DNA of 64,000 nt, from the NCBI GenBank assembly GCA_041640655.1, contig JBEPZV010000002.1:64001-128000 (forward strand), in the 5' to 3' direction. The DNA is from a bacterium. GTDB taxonomy: Bacteria > Acidobacteriota > Blastocatellia > HR10. The notes under the pieces are model-generated. The model had not been told where the DNA came from and made no database searches. It was given only the letters and a program-made list of their open reading frames with translations. Of this stretch, positions 41,910 through 55,100 are shown one piece after another (within the stretch, counting starts at the first letter, position 1; each line of letters begins with the position of its first letter). Both the position numbers and the translations under genes were made by a program.

Positions 41910-42524
41910 TCAGGAGGAAGCCGACGCCTCCGCGCGCAAGCGCCGATAGATGGCCTCCACCTGCGCGCGCGTCTGCTCGAACGGCCCCGAGGTGTCGATC
42001 TCGAAAGCGGCATATCGCCGCTTCTCGCTCGTGGGGAGCTGCGCGCGGATGCGCGCCAGCGCATCCGCGCGCGTCAGACCATCGCGCCGCATCAGGCGCG
42101 CGATCTGCTCCTCCTCATCGCAATAGACGACAATGATCCGATCGAACCGCGGCTGCGCTCCCGCCTCGATGACGAGCGCCGCCGCCACGAGGAGAATCCC
42201 CTTCGGGTCCTGACGCGCCAACTCCGCACTGCGCCGCTCGATCTCCTCCAGCACGCGCGGGTGCACCAAACGATTCAACAGCTCCCGCCGCGCCGCATCT
42301 CGAAAGACGATCGCCCCCAATCGGCCCCGATGAATCGTCCCGTCCTCGGCGAGGATCTCCGATCCGAAGGCGCGCACGACATCATGATACGCCGGCCGAC
42401 AGGGGCGCATCAGCTCATGCGCGATCTCATCCGCCTCCATCGTGTGGCATCCCAGCTCGCGGAACATGCCGAGGACGACGCTCTTGCCGACGGCGATGCT
42501 GCCGGTGAGGGCGACTCTCAACAT
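41910..42524 (-). CDS. coaE: Dephospho-CoA kinase
   Basis: ALTGSIAVGKS, LVHPRV, RLMRRD. Confidence 0.92.
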   Translation of the reverse strand: MLRVALTGSIAVGKSVVLGMFRELGCHTMEADEIAHELMRPCRPAYHDVVRAFGSEILAEDGTIHRGRLGAIVFRDAARRELLNRLVHPRVLEEIERRSAELARQDPKGILLVAAALVIEAGAQPRFDRIIVVYCDEEEQIARLMRRDGLTRADALARIRAQLPTSEKRRYAAFEIDTSGPFEQTRAQVEAIYRRLRAEASASS

Positions 42525-44227
42525 CACGGCTTGATGCGATAGGCGCGCTCCTCGTTGTTGAAGATCCAGCCGACGACCTCGCCGATGTTGATCTTCTCCG
42601 ACGTATAGGAGGCGCGCGTGATGGCCGCCGATCCCTGATCCACCATCGCGCCGATGTTCTGCGCCATCTCGCGAAACCGCCGCTGCCACACGCGCATGTT
42701 CTCGGGCCGCAAATCCACCCAGCCCTTTCGCGCCCACCGCTCCACCGCGGCCGGCGTGACCCGCACGCGCGGCTCGCCCTTGACCTCCGGAATGCGAATG
42801 AACGGCCCGCGAAAGAGCTTCCGCCCATCGGGCGCCAGAATCGGCACGCCAATCGAGGTGATCACATCCCGAATCTTGTTGTGGCAGATGAGACGGTACA
42901 GACTCTCGGCCATCTCCTCCGGATCGGCCTCAACCACCGCCGTGAGCGTCTTGTAGCGCATCTTCAGCAGATGCGCTTCATAGAGGAGCTTCGTCAGCTC
43001 TGGCGGCCCCAACTGCCCGATGGCGATGCTGTAGGTCCCCGTCTCCTTCTCCAATTGCTTCAACCGCTCGATCACCAGACCGCGCAAATACCCGGCGCGA
43101 TAGCTGGGCGGCATGACAGCCCCATCAATGGCGGCGATCACGTCCACGCCCGTATTGCTCCCCTTGATCTCCAACACAGCCGCCTGCGCGATCTCCTCCG
43201 GCGTCACCGCCTCCATCTGATGGAGGCTGGTGATCGTCTCAAATTCCCCGCGCGCGAAGAACCCGTTCTCCCCCGTATCCACCCCCACAACCCGCAACTC
43301 CTCCAGGCGCTCGAACTCCTCCGGCGGGCGGATCGTGTGCAACACGTCCCCCAGCGGCTCCACTCGACTCGCATAGATGTAGACGGGCTCGCCCCCGCGT
43401 CGCACCGTCTGAAACGCGATGCGCCGATAGCTGACCAGAGCCGCCGGCTTGATCTCCTTGACGATCGGCCCCCCAGCCGTGCGCGCCATCAGGAAGAGCA
43501 ATCCCGTGTGCGCGAAGGCGATGGCCGATTTCGAAATGAGGAGCGCGCTCGGACGATCCTCACTGTGCGTGTACGGGATATTGAGCCCCATCCCCCCTGT
43601 CCCCGTCGTCCCGATCTTCAGATACACTCGCGTCCCCGCCTCCACCATCGCGCGATAGAGCAGGAGCGTGTGCCGCACCAGCTCGGGGATCCCCTGCGAG
43701 ACGATCAAGGCCTCGATCTTCCGCACCGCCTCATCCTTCAACGCCGCGAGCGTCGCCGCCTCTCGGCGCTCGATCGCCCGCGCGAGCCGAGCCAGGATGT
43801 CGCGCGCTTCGATCGAAGTCGTGTAGACGTCCTGATACCCAATGGCCGTGGCCGTATTGATCGAATCCACGATGACCTCGGGCTTGAAGCGACGAATGAT
43901 GGCCACCAACCACGACTTCTCATACGCCCGATCGAGATCGCCGAAGAGGTCCTGAAAGAGGGCATCTCGCCGCGCGGGATCCTCGATGAGCTGTTGCCGC
44001 GTCCGCCCACGATCCTCCGTGCGCAGGAAGATATCCCCCCACACGCCCTCCACCCTCAGCGTCGGGAATTCCTCGCGCAAGGCCGCGCGCGCCTCTTCCA
44101 CCTCGCGCTCGAAGAGCCCACCAATGACCAGAAGATGGGGTTCGATCTCACGGGCGACGGCCCGGGCGATCTCAAAGCCGATGAGTCCCGCCCCACCGAG
44201 GATGAGTACGGATCTCGGCCCGCGCAT
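42524..44227 (-). CDS. Uncharacterised NAD(P)-binding Rossmann-fold protein (SDR-like)
   Basis: N-terminal ILGGAGLIG; 567 aa; stop overlaps the coaE start. Confidence 0.75.
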   Translation of the reverse strand: MRGPRSVLILGGAGLIGFEIARAVAREIEPHLLVIGGLFEREVEEARAALREEFPTLRVEGVWGDIFLRTEDRGRTRQQLIEDPARRDALFQDLFGDLDRAYEKSWLVAIIRRFKPEVIVDSINTATAIGYQDVYTTSIEARDILARLARAIERREAATLAALKDEAVRKIEALIVSQGIPELVRHTLLLYRAMVEAGTRVYLKIGTTGTGGMGLNIPYTHSEDRPSALLISKSAIAFAHTGLLFLMARTAGGPIVKEIKPAALVSYRRIAFQTVRRGGEPVYIYASRVEPLGDVLHTIRPPEEFERLEELRVVGVDTGENGFFARGEFETITSLHQMEAVTPEEIAQAAVLEIKGSNTGVDVIAAIDGAVMPPSYRAGYLRGLVIERLKQLEKETGTYSIAIGQLGPPELTKLLYEAHLLKMRYKTLTAVVEADPEEMAESLYRLICHNKIRDVITSIGVPILAPDGRKLFRGPFIRIPEVKGEPRVRVTPAAVERWARKGWVDLRPENMRVWQRRFREMAQNIGAMVDQGSAAITRASYTSEKINIGEVVGWIFNNEERAYRIKP

Positions 44228-44280
44228 ACCGTGAAAACCTTAGCACACGCGGGCTCACCGAGCAACGAGACGCTCCCGCC

Positions 44281-44646
44281 TCAGGAGGATTCCCGCGCGC
44301 GCCCCGCCGCCTCCACCTCCTCCAAGCGCTCGAACGCCCGCCGCAGATGGGGGATCGTGATCGAGCCGCCGACGACCAACGCCACGTTGAACGCCTCGAG
44401 GAATTCCTCCCGCGTGACCCCTTCCTCGTGACAGCGCAGAAGGTGATAGGTGACGCAGTCGTCGCAGCGCAAGACGAGCGAGGCGACCAGCCCCAACAGC
44501 TCCTTCACCTTGGGCGAGAGCGCGCCGGCCGCATACGCCTGATGATCGAGCGCGAAAAAGCGCTTGATCCCCAGATGGCCGCTCTCCAGGATCTTCTCGT
44601 TCATCCTCCGGCGATACTCTTGCCATTCCTCGAGCGTCATCCTCAT
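44281..44646 (-). CDS. Carboxymuconolactone decarboxylase/AhpD family protein
   Basis: GALSPKVKEL, RCDDCVTYH, VGGS. Confidence 0.9.
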   Translation of the reverse strand: MRMTLEEWQEYRRRMNEKILESGHLGIKRFFALDHQAYAAGALSPKVKELLGLVASLVLRCDDCVTYHLLRCHEEGVTREEFLEAFNVALVVGGSITIPHLRRAFERLEEVEAAGRARESS

Positions 44647-44778
44647 CCTCCTCTCGCGAGATCAGGCAAGAGCATACCGCCCCCACGTGCGCCGAGGGAA
44701 GAGCATGGCCCACGTTGACGCGGAGCGCATCGGCTGAGTACCATTGGCCTCTCAGACCACCGGGCGGGACACGGGACG

Positions 44779-46140
44779 ATGAAGACCATCCGCATCGCCA
44801 ACGGCCAAGGCTTCTGGGGCGACAGTCTGGAAGCCCCCATCGAACAGGCCACGCTCGGCCCGATTGACTACCTATCGCTCGATTATCTGGCCGAGGTGAC
44901 CATGTCCATCCTTCAGAAACAAAGGGCTCGCGATCCGCGCCTCGGCTATGCGCGCGATTTCGTCCCCCTGATGGCGCGCCTCCTCCCGATCTGCTTGGAG
45001 AAGCACATCACAGTGATCGCCAACGCCGGCGGGGTGAATCCTCGCGCATGCGCCGAGGCCGTGCGAGACGTGGCGCGAAACCTCGGCCTCTCGGGAGTGC
45101 GCATCGGGATCGTCGCGGGCGATGACATCCTCGATCGGCTCGACGACTTGATGGCCCGAGGCCACGAACTGCGCAATCTCGATACGGGTCGCCCCCTGAG
45201 CGACGTCCGCCCCCGCATCCAAAGCGCGAACGTCTATTTCGGAGCCTTCCCGATCGTCGAAGCACTCCGGCAGGGCGCTCGGGTCGTCATCACCGGACGC
45301 GTGACAGATGCGGCGCTCGCGCTCGCTCCGATGATCTACGAATTCGGCTGGCGCGAGGATGAGTACGATAAGCTCGCCGCCGGCATCGTGGCCGGCCACA
45401 TCATCGAATGCGGCGCTCAATGTACGGGCGGGAACTCTCAGATCGCGTGGAAGACTATTCCCGACTTGGACCGCATCGGGTATCCCATCGCCGAAGTCTC
45501 CGAAGATGGGACGTTCATCATCACCAAGCACGAGGGCACTGGCGGGCGCGTCACCTCGGCGATCCTCAAGGAACAACTCCTCTACGAGATCGGCGATCCT
45601 CGCCGGTACATCGCCCCTGAATGCATCGCCGATTTCACGACCATCCGCCTGGAGGATGTGGGCCCCGATCGGGTCCGCGTGTGGGGAGTTCAAGGAGCTC
45701 CTCCCACCGAGTTCTACAAGGTCTCAATCAGCTACTTCGCCGGATATAAGGCCGTGGGCACGCTCGTCTATAGCTGGCCCGATGCCTACGAGAAAGCGAA
45801 GCTGGCGGATCAGATCCTGCGGAAGCGACTGCAGCGACTCGGTCTCCAGTTCGACGAGATCCTCACCGAGTTCCTCGGCGTCAGCGCCTGCCACGGCCCA
45901 CTCGCTCCCGAGCCCTCGCCCGACCTCGCCGAAGTGCAACTGCGCATCTCCGTTCGGAGCGAGAACCCGCAGGCCGTCGAACGCTTCACGCGCGAGATCA
46001 GCCCATTGATCTTGAACGGACCTCCAACGGCCACGGGATTCGCCGGCGGTCGCCCCCGCGTCGAAGAGATTCTCGCCTACTGGCCCGCCCTCCTGCCTAA
46101 ATCCGAGGCCACCCCCACCGTGGAGATCGTCGAGACCTAG
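44779..46140 (+). CDS. Acyclic terpene utilisation AtuA (DUF1446) family protein
   Basis: [41 protein letters not shown]. Confidence 0.92.
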   Translation: MKTIRIANGQGFWGDSLEAPIEQATLGPIDYLSLDYLAEVTMSILQKQRARDPRLGYARDFVPLMARLLPICLEKHITVIANAGGVNPRACAEAVRDVARNLGLSGVRIGIVAGDDILDRLDDLMARGHELRNLDTGRPLSDVRPRIQSANVYFGAFPIVEALRQGARVVITGRVTDAALALAPMIYEFGWREDEYDKLAAGIVAGHIIECGAQCTGGNSQIAWKTIPDLDRIGYPIAEVSEDGTFIITKHEGTGGRVTSAILKEQLLYEIGDPRRYIAPECIADFTTIRLEDVGPDRVRVWGVQGAPPTEFYKVSISYFAGYKAVGTLVYSWPDAYEKAKLADQILRKRLQRLGLQFDEILTEFLGVSACHGPLAPEPSPDLAEVQLRISVRSENPQAVERFTREISPLILNGPPTATGFAGGRPRVEEILAYWPALLPKSEATPTVEIVET

Positions 46141-46175
46141 CCGCCGCAATCCCCCCACAGTCCGAACAGGACGAA

Positions 46176-49100
46176 GTTTCAATCCCCCTTGGTTCGATTA
46201 GCACGTCGCCGCCGCGGTCGCCTCCCGTCCCACCCGCGAGGTTTCAATCCCACCTTGGTTCGATTAGCACCGAAAACAAAAAAAACGGCGAGCCGATCCG
46301 ATATCAGTTTCAATCCCACCTTGGTTCGATTAGCACCCAACCCGGCGCTCCCTCCACGGCAAACTCGTAGGCGTTTCAATCCCACCTTGGTTCGATTAGC
46401 ACCCCCAGCACCGCGCTTGCGTGTGTGTGCGCGGCACCGTTTCAATCCCACCTTGGTTCGATTAGCACGAGAAGGACCCCACCTCAAACCTCTCCCGAAG
46501 AACCGTTTCAATCCCACCTTGGTTCGATTAGCACTGGTGATGGGCACGTTTTGTATCCTCATCAGGTTGGTTTCAATCCCACCTTGGTTCGATTAGCACG
46601 CGGCCACCACTGCCGACTCGCACACGACGGGCACTCGTTTCAATCCCACCTTGGTTCGATTAGCACTGAGGGTGGGGACGGACGGGCGGAAATTTCAACG
46701 ATCGTTTCAATCCCACCTTGGTTCGATTAGCACCAGAAGCAACACGGAATGAAACACCGAAGTGAGCTCGGTTTCAATCCCACCTTGGTTCGATTAGCAC
46801 GAGTCCGTCGAAGCCATTGCGGCGGTGGTTTTGGAGCGTTTCAATCCCACCTTGGTTCGATTAGCACCCGGCCCATGTTCATCGAGCTTCCCCCATGTTC
46901 CCACGTTTCAATCCCACCTTGGTTCGATTAGCACCCGCTTACGGGTGGCCCAGATTGTGTATACTCACGTGAGTTTCAATCCCACCTTGGTTCGATTAGC
47001 ACCAGATGCTGAGCTTTACAAACAATACGGAGCGTGCTTGTTTCAATCCCACCTTGGTTCGATTAGCACGGAGCCGCTTCCGGAGAAGCCTCGCTGTCGG
47101 TTCTGGTTTCAATCCCACCTTGGTTCGATTAGCACGGGAAGCGAAGCCGTGCTCATCCCCCTGCACGCTCCGTTTCAATCCCACCTTGGTTCGATTAGCA
47201 CCAGAACACTGGCAGCGGGCGCTTCGGGAGCGCACGGGTTTCAATCCCACCTTGGTTCGATTAGCACCGGCAGGGCCCTTCATTCCCATAGACATCAGCT
47301 TCAGTTTCAATCCCACCTTGGTTCGATTAGCACGGCGCGGGGGAAAGATCATGCGACTGCGACATAGTGGTTTCAATCCCACCTTGGTTCGATTAGCACC
47401 GCCAGTCTCTGACGGCGACATCCCCTCCATGCCCTGTTTCAATCCCACCTTGGTTCGATTAGCACGATTGGGTCATTAAGCCAGCGGCCCTCCTGTTGTG
47501 CGTTTCAATCCCACCTTGGTTCGATTAGCACTTTTGTGACCGGTGGAATTCCCAGCGGATGGAATAAGTTTCAATCCCACCTTGGTTCGATTAGCACCTG
47601 AGCAAATACTCCACGATACCATCGTGATCAAACTGTTTCAATCCCACCTTGGTTCGATTAGCACAAGCGGAGATCACGCTGAGCGATAAGTGTCTACACG
47701 GGTTTCAATCCCACCTTGGTTCGATTAGCACAGTTGAATCACGAGCGCGAGGGCAAGGTTGATCCGCGTTTCAATCCCACCTTGGTTCGATTAGCACGGG
47801 CCGCTCCCACGGCCACAAATCTCCATACACCGCGTTTCAATCCCACCTTGGTTCGATTAGCACCGTAGAATTAAGCGAGCCGTCCCGAGACAGGCGCCGG
47901 TTTCAATCCCACCTTGGTTCGATTAGCACAAAATAAAAACTCCACGATCCTGTCGCGATCAAAATGTTTCAATCCCACCTTGGTTCGATTAGCACCGGGC
48001 TCCCGGCCCGCAACACCCTCTACGCACCCTGGTTTCAATCCCACCTTGGTTCGATTAGCACCTTTGGAGTATTTTGACCCCGCGCGATATGTAGCCGGTT
48101 TCAATCCCACCTTGGTTCGATTAGCACCCGCGCGATCTCAACAAATTCCTTTCGCGCCTCCAGGTTTCAATCCCACCTTGGTTCGATTAGCACAAGAAAA
48201 GGATTGAAGCTTCAGCAAGACCCTAGCTGGTTTCAATCCCACCTTGGTTCGATTAGCACCGGTCCGGCGCCGAAGCCGACCCGACGTGCGCAGCTGTTTC
48301 AATCCCACCTTGGTTCGATTAGCACCCCGTCTTTTTGATTTCACCGCAAGGAGGGGGAAAAGTTTCAATCCCACCTTGGTTCGATTAGCACGCCCCCCGG
48401 TTACGTAGAGCTCCCCAGCAGGTTCCTGTTTCAATCCCACCTTGGTTCGATTAGCACGGGAAGCATGGGGGACGACCGAACTTCCATCGCCATTGTTTCA
48501 ATCCCACCTTGGTTCGATTAGCACTCGATCGCCTTCTCCTGCTCCCTCAATCCGAGCCTTCGTTTCAATCCCACCTTGGTTCGATTAGCACCTTTCAGCG
48601 TTGCACCGTTTTCCTATTCAACCCTAGTTTCAATCCCACCTTGGTTCGATTAGCACCAATCCGTTAGCAATCTCTAACTCGGCAGCCGCATCGTTTCAAT
48701 CCCACCTTGGTTCGATTAGCACGGTTAATAGTGTTACGGGAATCGCCGTGAATAATAGGTTTCAATCCCACCTTGGTTCGATTAGCACAGGAAGTTTGGC
48801 CGAAATCGAACGCCGTGTGGTATCGTTTCAATCCCACCTTGGTTCGATTAGCACCCGGTTGAACCAGACATTCCCGAACCCGTTGAATCGTTTCAATCCC
48901 ACCTTGGTTCGATTAGCACTGTCCACCGCGAGCGTCTCGACCTCGCGGCTTTCAAGTTTCAATCCCACCTTGGTTCGATTAGCACGGTATTGGGATAGGG
49001 TGAGCACCGGGGGATCTTACGGTTTCAATCCCACCTTGGTTCGATTAGCACCTCTTCACAGCAAGCTCCGCCTGCACGCGCTCGTCTGTTTCAATCCCAC

Positions 49101-52100
49101 CTTGGTTCGATTAGCACCCTGCGCCTCCAGCATGTCCCCGTACTCCCTCTCCGTTTCAATCCCACCTTGGTTCGATTAGCACCGGCTCCGCGTGAGGCGG
49201 CGCGGTTTGTGCCGCTCCTCGTTTCAATCCCACCTTGGTTCGATTAGCACTCATCCCTCCACACCGAGAAGATTCCAAACGACTGCGTTTCAATCCCACC
49301 TTGGTTCGATTAGCACCGTGGTGGGAAGCTCAACGCGGAGCGGGTGGGATCAGTTTCAATCCCACCTTGGTTCGATTAGCACGCTACTCCGAAGCCGATG
49401 CGCGACGCGCCATCGCGCGTTTCAATCCCACCTTGGTTCGATTAGCACGGTCGCGCTCCCCGCGCGACTGGAGATCACTACTGGGTTTCAATCCCACCTT
49501 GGTTCGATTAGCACTTCTCCCTGCGCGTGAGCTTTTTGTGCACGCGCAGCGGTTTCAATCCCACCTTGGTTCGATTAGCACCTGGGCCCGCGCCGCGTTA
49601 AGGATCTCCTCAGCGCGTTTCAATCCCACCTTGGTTCGATTAGCACGCACGAAACCGAAAGGAGGGAAGAGATGATCGCCTGGTTTCAATCCCACCTTGG
49701 TTCGATTAGCACGCGCTCGGCGAGATCGCGAGCGTGCTCGCGATCTCGGTTTCAATCCCACCTTGGTTCGATTAGCACCAGCGCATCGTCGTCTTTGACG
49801 ATGACGCGCTGAAGTTTCAATCCCACCTTGGTTCGATTAGCACGCTACTCCGAAGCCGATGCGCGGCGCGCCATCGCGCGTTTCAATCCCACCTTGGTTC
49901 GATTAGCACTAGAATCGGATTGCCATAATCAACCTCCTCTAAATTGTTTCAATCCCACCTTGGTTCGATTAGCACCGATCCAAGACCACGCGCAACAGAG
50001 CCGCCTGGACCGGTTTCAATCCCACCTTGGTTCGATTAGCACGCGCGAAGGATCTCCTCCACGGATTGCGTAGTACGTGTTTCAATCCCACCTTGGTTCG
50101 ATTAGCACCCCGAGAGACGCCGAGCAACCGAGCCGCGTCTGAAAGTTTCAATCCCACCTTGGTTCGATTAGCACCCTTGGCGTCGGAGACGACGCCGATG
50201 AACTGGTCCCCGTTTCAATCCCACCTTGGTTCGATTAGCACAACTTGAACAGCGCGGTCTTCCGACCGCGCTACCGTGTTTCAATCCCACCTTGGTTCGA
50301 TTAGCACTCGAAGTCGCCGGGCGAGTCGGGCTGCACCAATTCAGTTTCAATCCCACCTTGGTTCGATTAGCACCCACGCGGTGGGCGTGAACCTTCCCCT
50401 GCCGGATCCGTTTCAATCCCACCTTGGTTCGATTAGCACCCTACTCCGAAGCCGATGCGCGACGCGCCATCGCGCGTTTCAATCCCACCTTGGTTCGATT
50501 AGCACGCGCTCAGCCCAAGATCCATCCCCTCGATCTCCTCGGTTTCAATCCCACCTTGGTTCGATTAGCACTCAAGCGCGCGGAGATAGAGCGCGCGCGT
50601 CGCACTTGGGTTTCAATCCCACCTTGGTTCGATTAGCACCCCCTCCGCTGCGGGATCGGGTATCATGCCGACGCTAGTTTCAATCCCACCTTGGTTCGAT
50701 TAGCACGAGCAGATCTTCTCCGAATACGAGCGACTCTCCCGCGTTTCAATCCCACCTTGGTTCGATTAGCACCTTTCTCGAATTGCCGGGGAGGGGGAAA
50801 CTTATGCGTTTCAATCCCACCTTGGTTCGATTAGCACCAATCTCGCCATAGACAACAGTTCGACTTTCCACCGGTTTCAATCCCACCTTGGTTCGATTAG
50901 CACGAGGAGGTCGCGCTCCCCGCGCGACTTGAGATTCGGCGTTTCAATCCCACCTTGGTTCGATTAGCACCACACTGCTCAACGATCTTGAAGAGTGCGT
51001 CCGCGTACGTTTCAATCCCACCTTGGTTCGATTAGCACCGAGCTCCGGATCCGGAAGGTCAACCTCCCGAGCCCGTTTCAATCCCACCTTGGTTCGATTA
51101 GCACCCGTGCGCGCGGAGATCGCGCGCGGGCGCGGCATCCGTTTCAATCCCACCTTGGTTCGATTAGCACACAAGCGCCCGGGCCTTCGCCCAAAGCGCC
51201 ATGTCCGTTTCAATCCCACCTTGGTTCGATTAGCACATGGGGATCTCGTTCACATGATCCCCACGATCTACGTTTCAATCCCACCTTGGTTCGATTAGCA
51301 CCGTGCTCGTCTTCGTTGCCAGCACGGATCCCGACAGTTTCAATCCCACCTTGGTTCGATTAGCACTGGAGCGCCGCCACCGCGACCGCTCCCATGAACG
51401 TTGTTTCAATCCCACCTTGGTTCGATTAGCACGGGATCCGATCAAGCAGCGGAACATCGTCTATCCGAGTTTCAATCCCACCTTGGTTCGATTAGCACCG
51501 CCGGGCGTGCCCGGCGCCGCTCCTGGAGTCACCGGTTTCAATCCCACCTTGGTTCGATTAGCACCAGGGGTCGGCGATCTTTCTCGCCGACCCCACAAGC
51601 GTTTCAATCCCACCTTGGTTCGATTAGCACCTCGATGCGCTCTTCGAGCGCGCGCGCGTCTTCGCTTGTTTCAATCCCACCTTGGTTCGATTAGCACTCA
51701 GCACGAAGAACAAGTGCGCCAAGCTAGCGCACGTTTCAATCCCACCTTGGTTCGATTAGCACCGCGCTTTATAGCCGTGGCCCATAGTCACCACACTAGT
51801 TTCAATCCCACCTTGGTTCGATTAGCACAAGCGCTCGAATACTTCGATCCCGCGCGCTTCATTGGTTTCAATCCCACCTTGGTTCGATTAGCACGCGCGC
51901 GAGTGTACTATGAGGGGTACGATAGACAGCGTTTCAATCCCACCTTGGTTCGATTAGCACGCGCGGCGTTCTCACTGCCTTAATGGCGTTGGCCCCGTTT
52001 CAATCCCACCTTGGTTCGATTAGCACGCGCGCCGACCCATTCGCCCGGGGCCAGCGCTAGCAGTTTCAATCCCACCTTGGTTCGATTAGCACCACGCGCC

Positions 52101-55100
52101 GAATGGGGGGGCTACCGCCGCCCCCCCTGTTTCAATCCCACCTTGGTTCGATTAGCACCAATGGCTATCCCTACGCGCATCCGCACGTCTTCAGGTTTCA
52201 ATCCCACCTTGGTTCGATTAGCACGGGGACGGATCGAGCGCCGCGTGACGCGCTCGATCCTTGTTTCAATCCCACCTTGGTTCGATTAGCACGAGGGGAA
52301 GCGGTGATCGAGGCGGATCCCCACCGCCGTTTCAATCCCACCTTGGTTCGATTAGCACACGTGAAGCGCCGGACGCGCTTTCGCCGCGACCCTGGTTTCA
52401 ATCCCACCTTGGTTCGATTAGCACCTGAGTGAACGCGACCGCGTGGCCGTGTACTTCGAGTTTCAATCCCACCTTGGTTCGATTAGCACAGGAATTTGGC
52501 TCGCTCCGCGCACGTCGTAGATGTCGTTTCAATCCCACCTTGGTTCGATTAGCACCGGCTACTCCGAAGCCGATGCGCGACGCGCCATCGCGCGTTTCAA
52601 TCCCACCTTGGTTCGATTAGCACGCTGATCCTCGTCTCCTACTGATCCTCTCGCTCCCGTTTCAATCCCACCTTGGTTCGATTAGCACGGGCGATCAATT
52701 TACACCACTGACCGTCATAAACAAGTTTCAATCCCACCTTGGTTCGATTAGCACTCCCCTCCGTGACGACCATTCTCGACCTGATCTACGTTTCAATCCC
52801 ACCTTGGTTCGATTAGCACTGCCTTCACATCCAGGTGAAGACGACAGTGACCCCCGTTTCAATCCCACCTTGGTTCGATTAGCACTTGCCACCCCCTTTC
52901 TGCCCCAATGTCGCACACTGAGTTTCAATCCCACCTTGGTTCGATTAGCACGAGACCTATGCGCGTTTGGTCACCTTGGCCGAACGCGTTTCAATCCCAC
53001 CTTGGTTCGATTAGCACACGAGGTGCTCACGACTGAAAGGCTATTGAAGATCCGTTTCAATCCCACCTTGGTTCGATTAGCACCGTGGCCCCTCGATGAT
53101 GATCACCTCAAGATCTCCCGTTTCAATCCCACCTTGGTTCGATTAGCACCCGCCAGGTGGTTCCGCGAGATCCTGAAAATCGTCGCGTTTCAATCCCACC
53201 TTGGTTCGATTAGCACCGCGGGTTGAACGATTTGCTCAAGTGGCTGTCCGGGTTTCAATCCCACCTTGGTTCGATTAGCACAATACTCACGTCGCCAACT
53301 CGAAAACTTCTAACATTGTTTCAATCCCACCTTGGTTCGATTAGCACGCGATAGCGAGAGCGCTCGCTTTCACGCGTGGCGGGTTTCAATCCCACCTTGG
53401 TTCGATTAGCACCGGCCCCTCGATGATGATCACCTCCAGATCTCCCCGTTTCAATCCCACCTTGGTTCGATTAGCACATGAGGCGTTCCTCGCCCCGATC
53501 GCGGAGTTCCGCGGTTTCAATCCCACCTTGGTTCGATTAGCACCGTCAGGATGGGAATGATTGAAATAATCAGGCGCGAGTTTCAATCCCACCTTGGTTC
53601 GATTAGCACCGCGAGTGTGTCAGTTTGACACGCTCAAACCTCATCGTTTCAATCCCACCTTGGTTCGATTAGCACGAAGCCGTGAGAGCATGCCTCCGCA
53701 AGACGCCATCAGTTTCAATCCCACCTTGGTTCGATTAGCACCCACCCGCCCTTCTTCAGCCTGGGGTATGGAACCGAGTTTCAATCCCACCTTGGTTCGA
53801 TTAGCACAAGTAGTAAGCGCTAGGGTGTTTGAGGTGGCCGAACGTTTCAATCCCACCTTGGTTCGATTAGCACCAATCCCCGTCTTCTTCGTCTTCTTCA
53901 ACGCCCCGCGTTTCAATCCCACCTTGGTTCGATTAGCACTGATGGGCGGCCGGTGATGGATACTCATACCCTCTGGTTTCAATCCCACCTTGGTTCGATT
54001 AGCACTACATGGCAGAGACGACCCCTTCGGTTCCATACCCCGTTTCAATCCCACCTTGGTTCGATTAGCACGAGGGTGAGCCCCTTTTTTTGCCCTCACG
54101 CGCATCAGTTTCAATCCCACCTTGGTTCGATTAGCACAGGGACGTCGGCTCTTGCGGCGAATGAGCCAGCCTGGTTTCAATCCCACCTTGGTTCGATTAG
54201 CACGCGTCGGGAAACCGCCATCCGCTCGATCTCCTCTCGGTTTCAATCCCACCTTGGTTCGATTAGCACTGCTATCGCGGCCAGGGAGGACATGAGCCTA
54301 TATGGTTTCAATCCCACCTTGGTTCGATTAGCACTTCACCCCGCGCAACCGAATCCGCCCGAAAATCCTCGTTTCAATCCCACCTTGGTTCGATTAGCAC
54401 CCTTTTGCAGGAGGCGCATGAGAAATGTCGGTCGTCGTTTCAATCCCACCTTGGTTCGATTAGCACCAACGCGCGCGAGAAAGCGCAAGAGATCAACTTT
54501 CGGTTTCAATCCCACCTTGGTTCGATTAGCACCAGCCCGGAGGAGATCTTACGGGCGGCTGAGGCCCGTTTCAATCCCACCTTGGTTCGATTAGCACGCG
54601 CGCTACGTCGCGGTGGCGCATAGCCACCACTCGAGTTTCAATCCCACCTTGGTTCGATTAGCACCGCTCGGCGAGAGTGCGAGATTGCGAGCGATCTCGG
54701 TTTCAATCCCACCTTGGTTCGATTAGCACCTTGCGCATAATCCCCAATGTGGATCTCGCCAAAAGGTTTCAATCCCACCTTGGTTCGATTAGCACCTCTC
54801 GGCCTCGGCCTCCGCTGTGCGAAGGATTTCTTGTTTCAATCCCACCTTGGTTCGATTAGCACTAATCCGCGCGCCGTTTTTTTTTGGGAGGGGAGAGAGT
54901 TTCAATCCCACCTTGGTTCGATTAGCACTAGTTTGTCATCTTGGCCTCCTCGCTCAATGCCCCGGTTTCAATCCCACCTTGGTTCGATTAGCACCGTTCA
55001 ATACCGTCCGTGAGCGCCCCCCTATGAACAGTTTCAATCCCACCTTGGTTCGATTAGCACGGGCATCGCCGCCCCGGGTGGAACCGCCGTCTTGTACGTT

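Noticed and set aside
46198..46204. Repeat end TTAGCAC resembles a CIRCE half-site
   Set aside because: No second arm at 9-nt spacing, and no CIRCE seen upstream of dnaJ
47268..47303. Spacer reading RALHSHRHQ as another JAB hit
   Set aside because: No overlap or similarity with the JAB tile beyond HSH; reading frame is ambiguous
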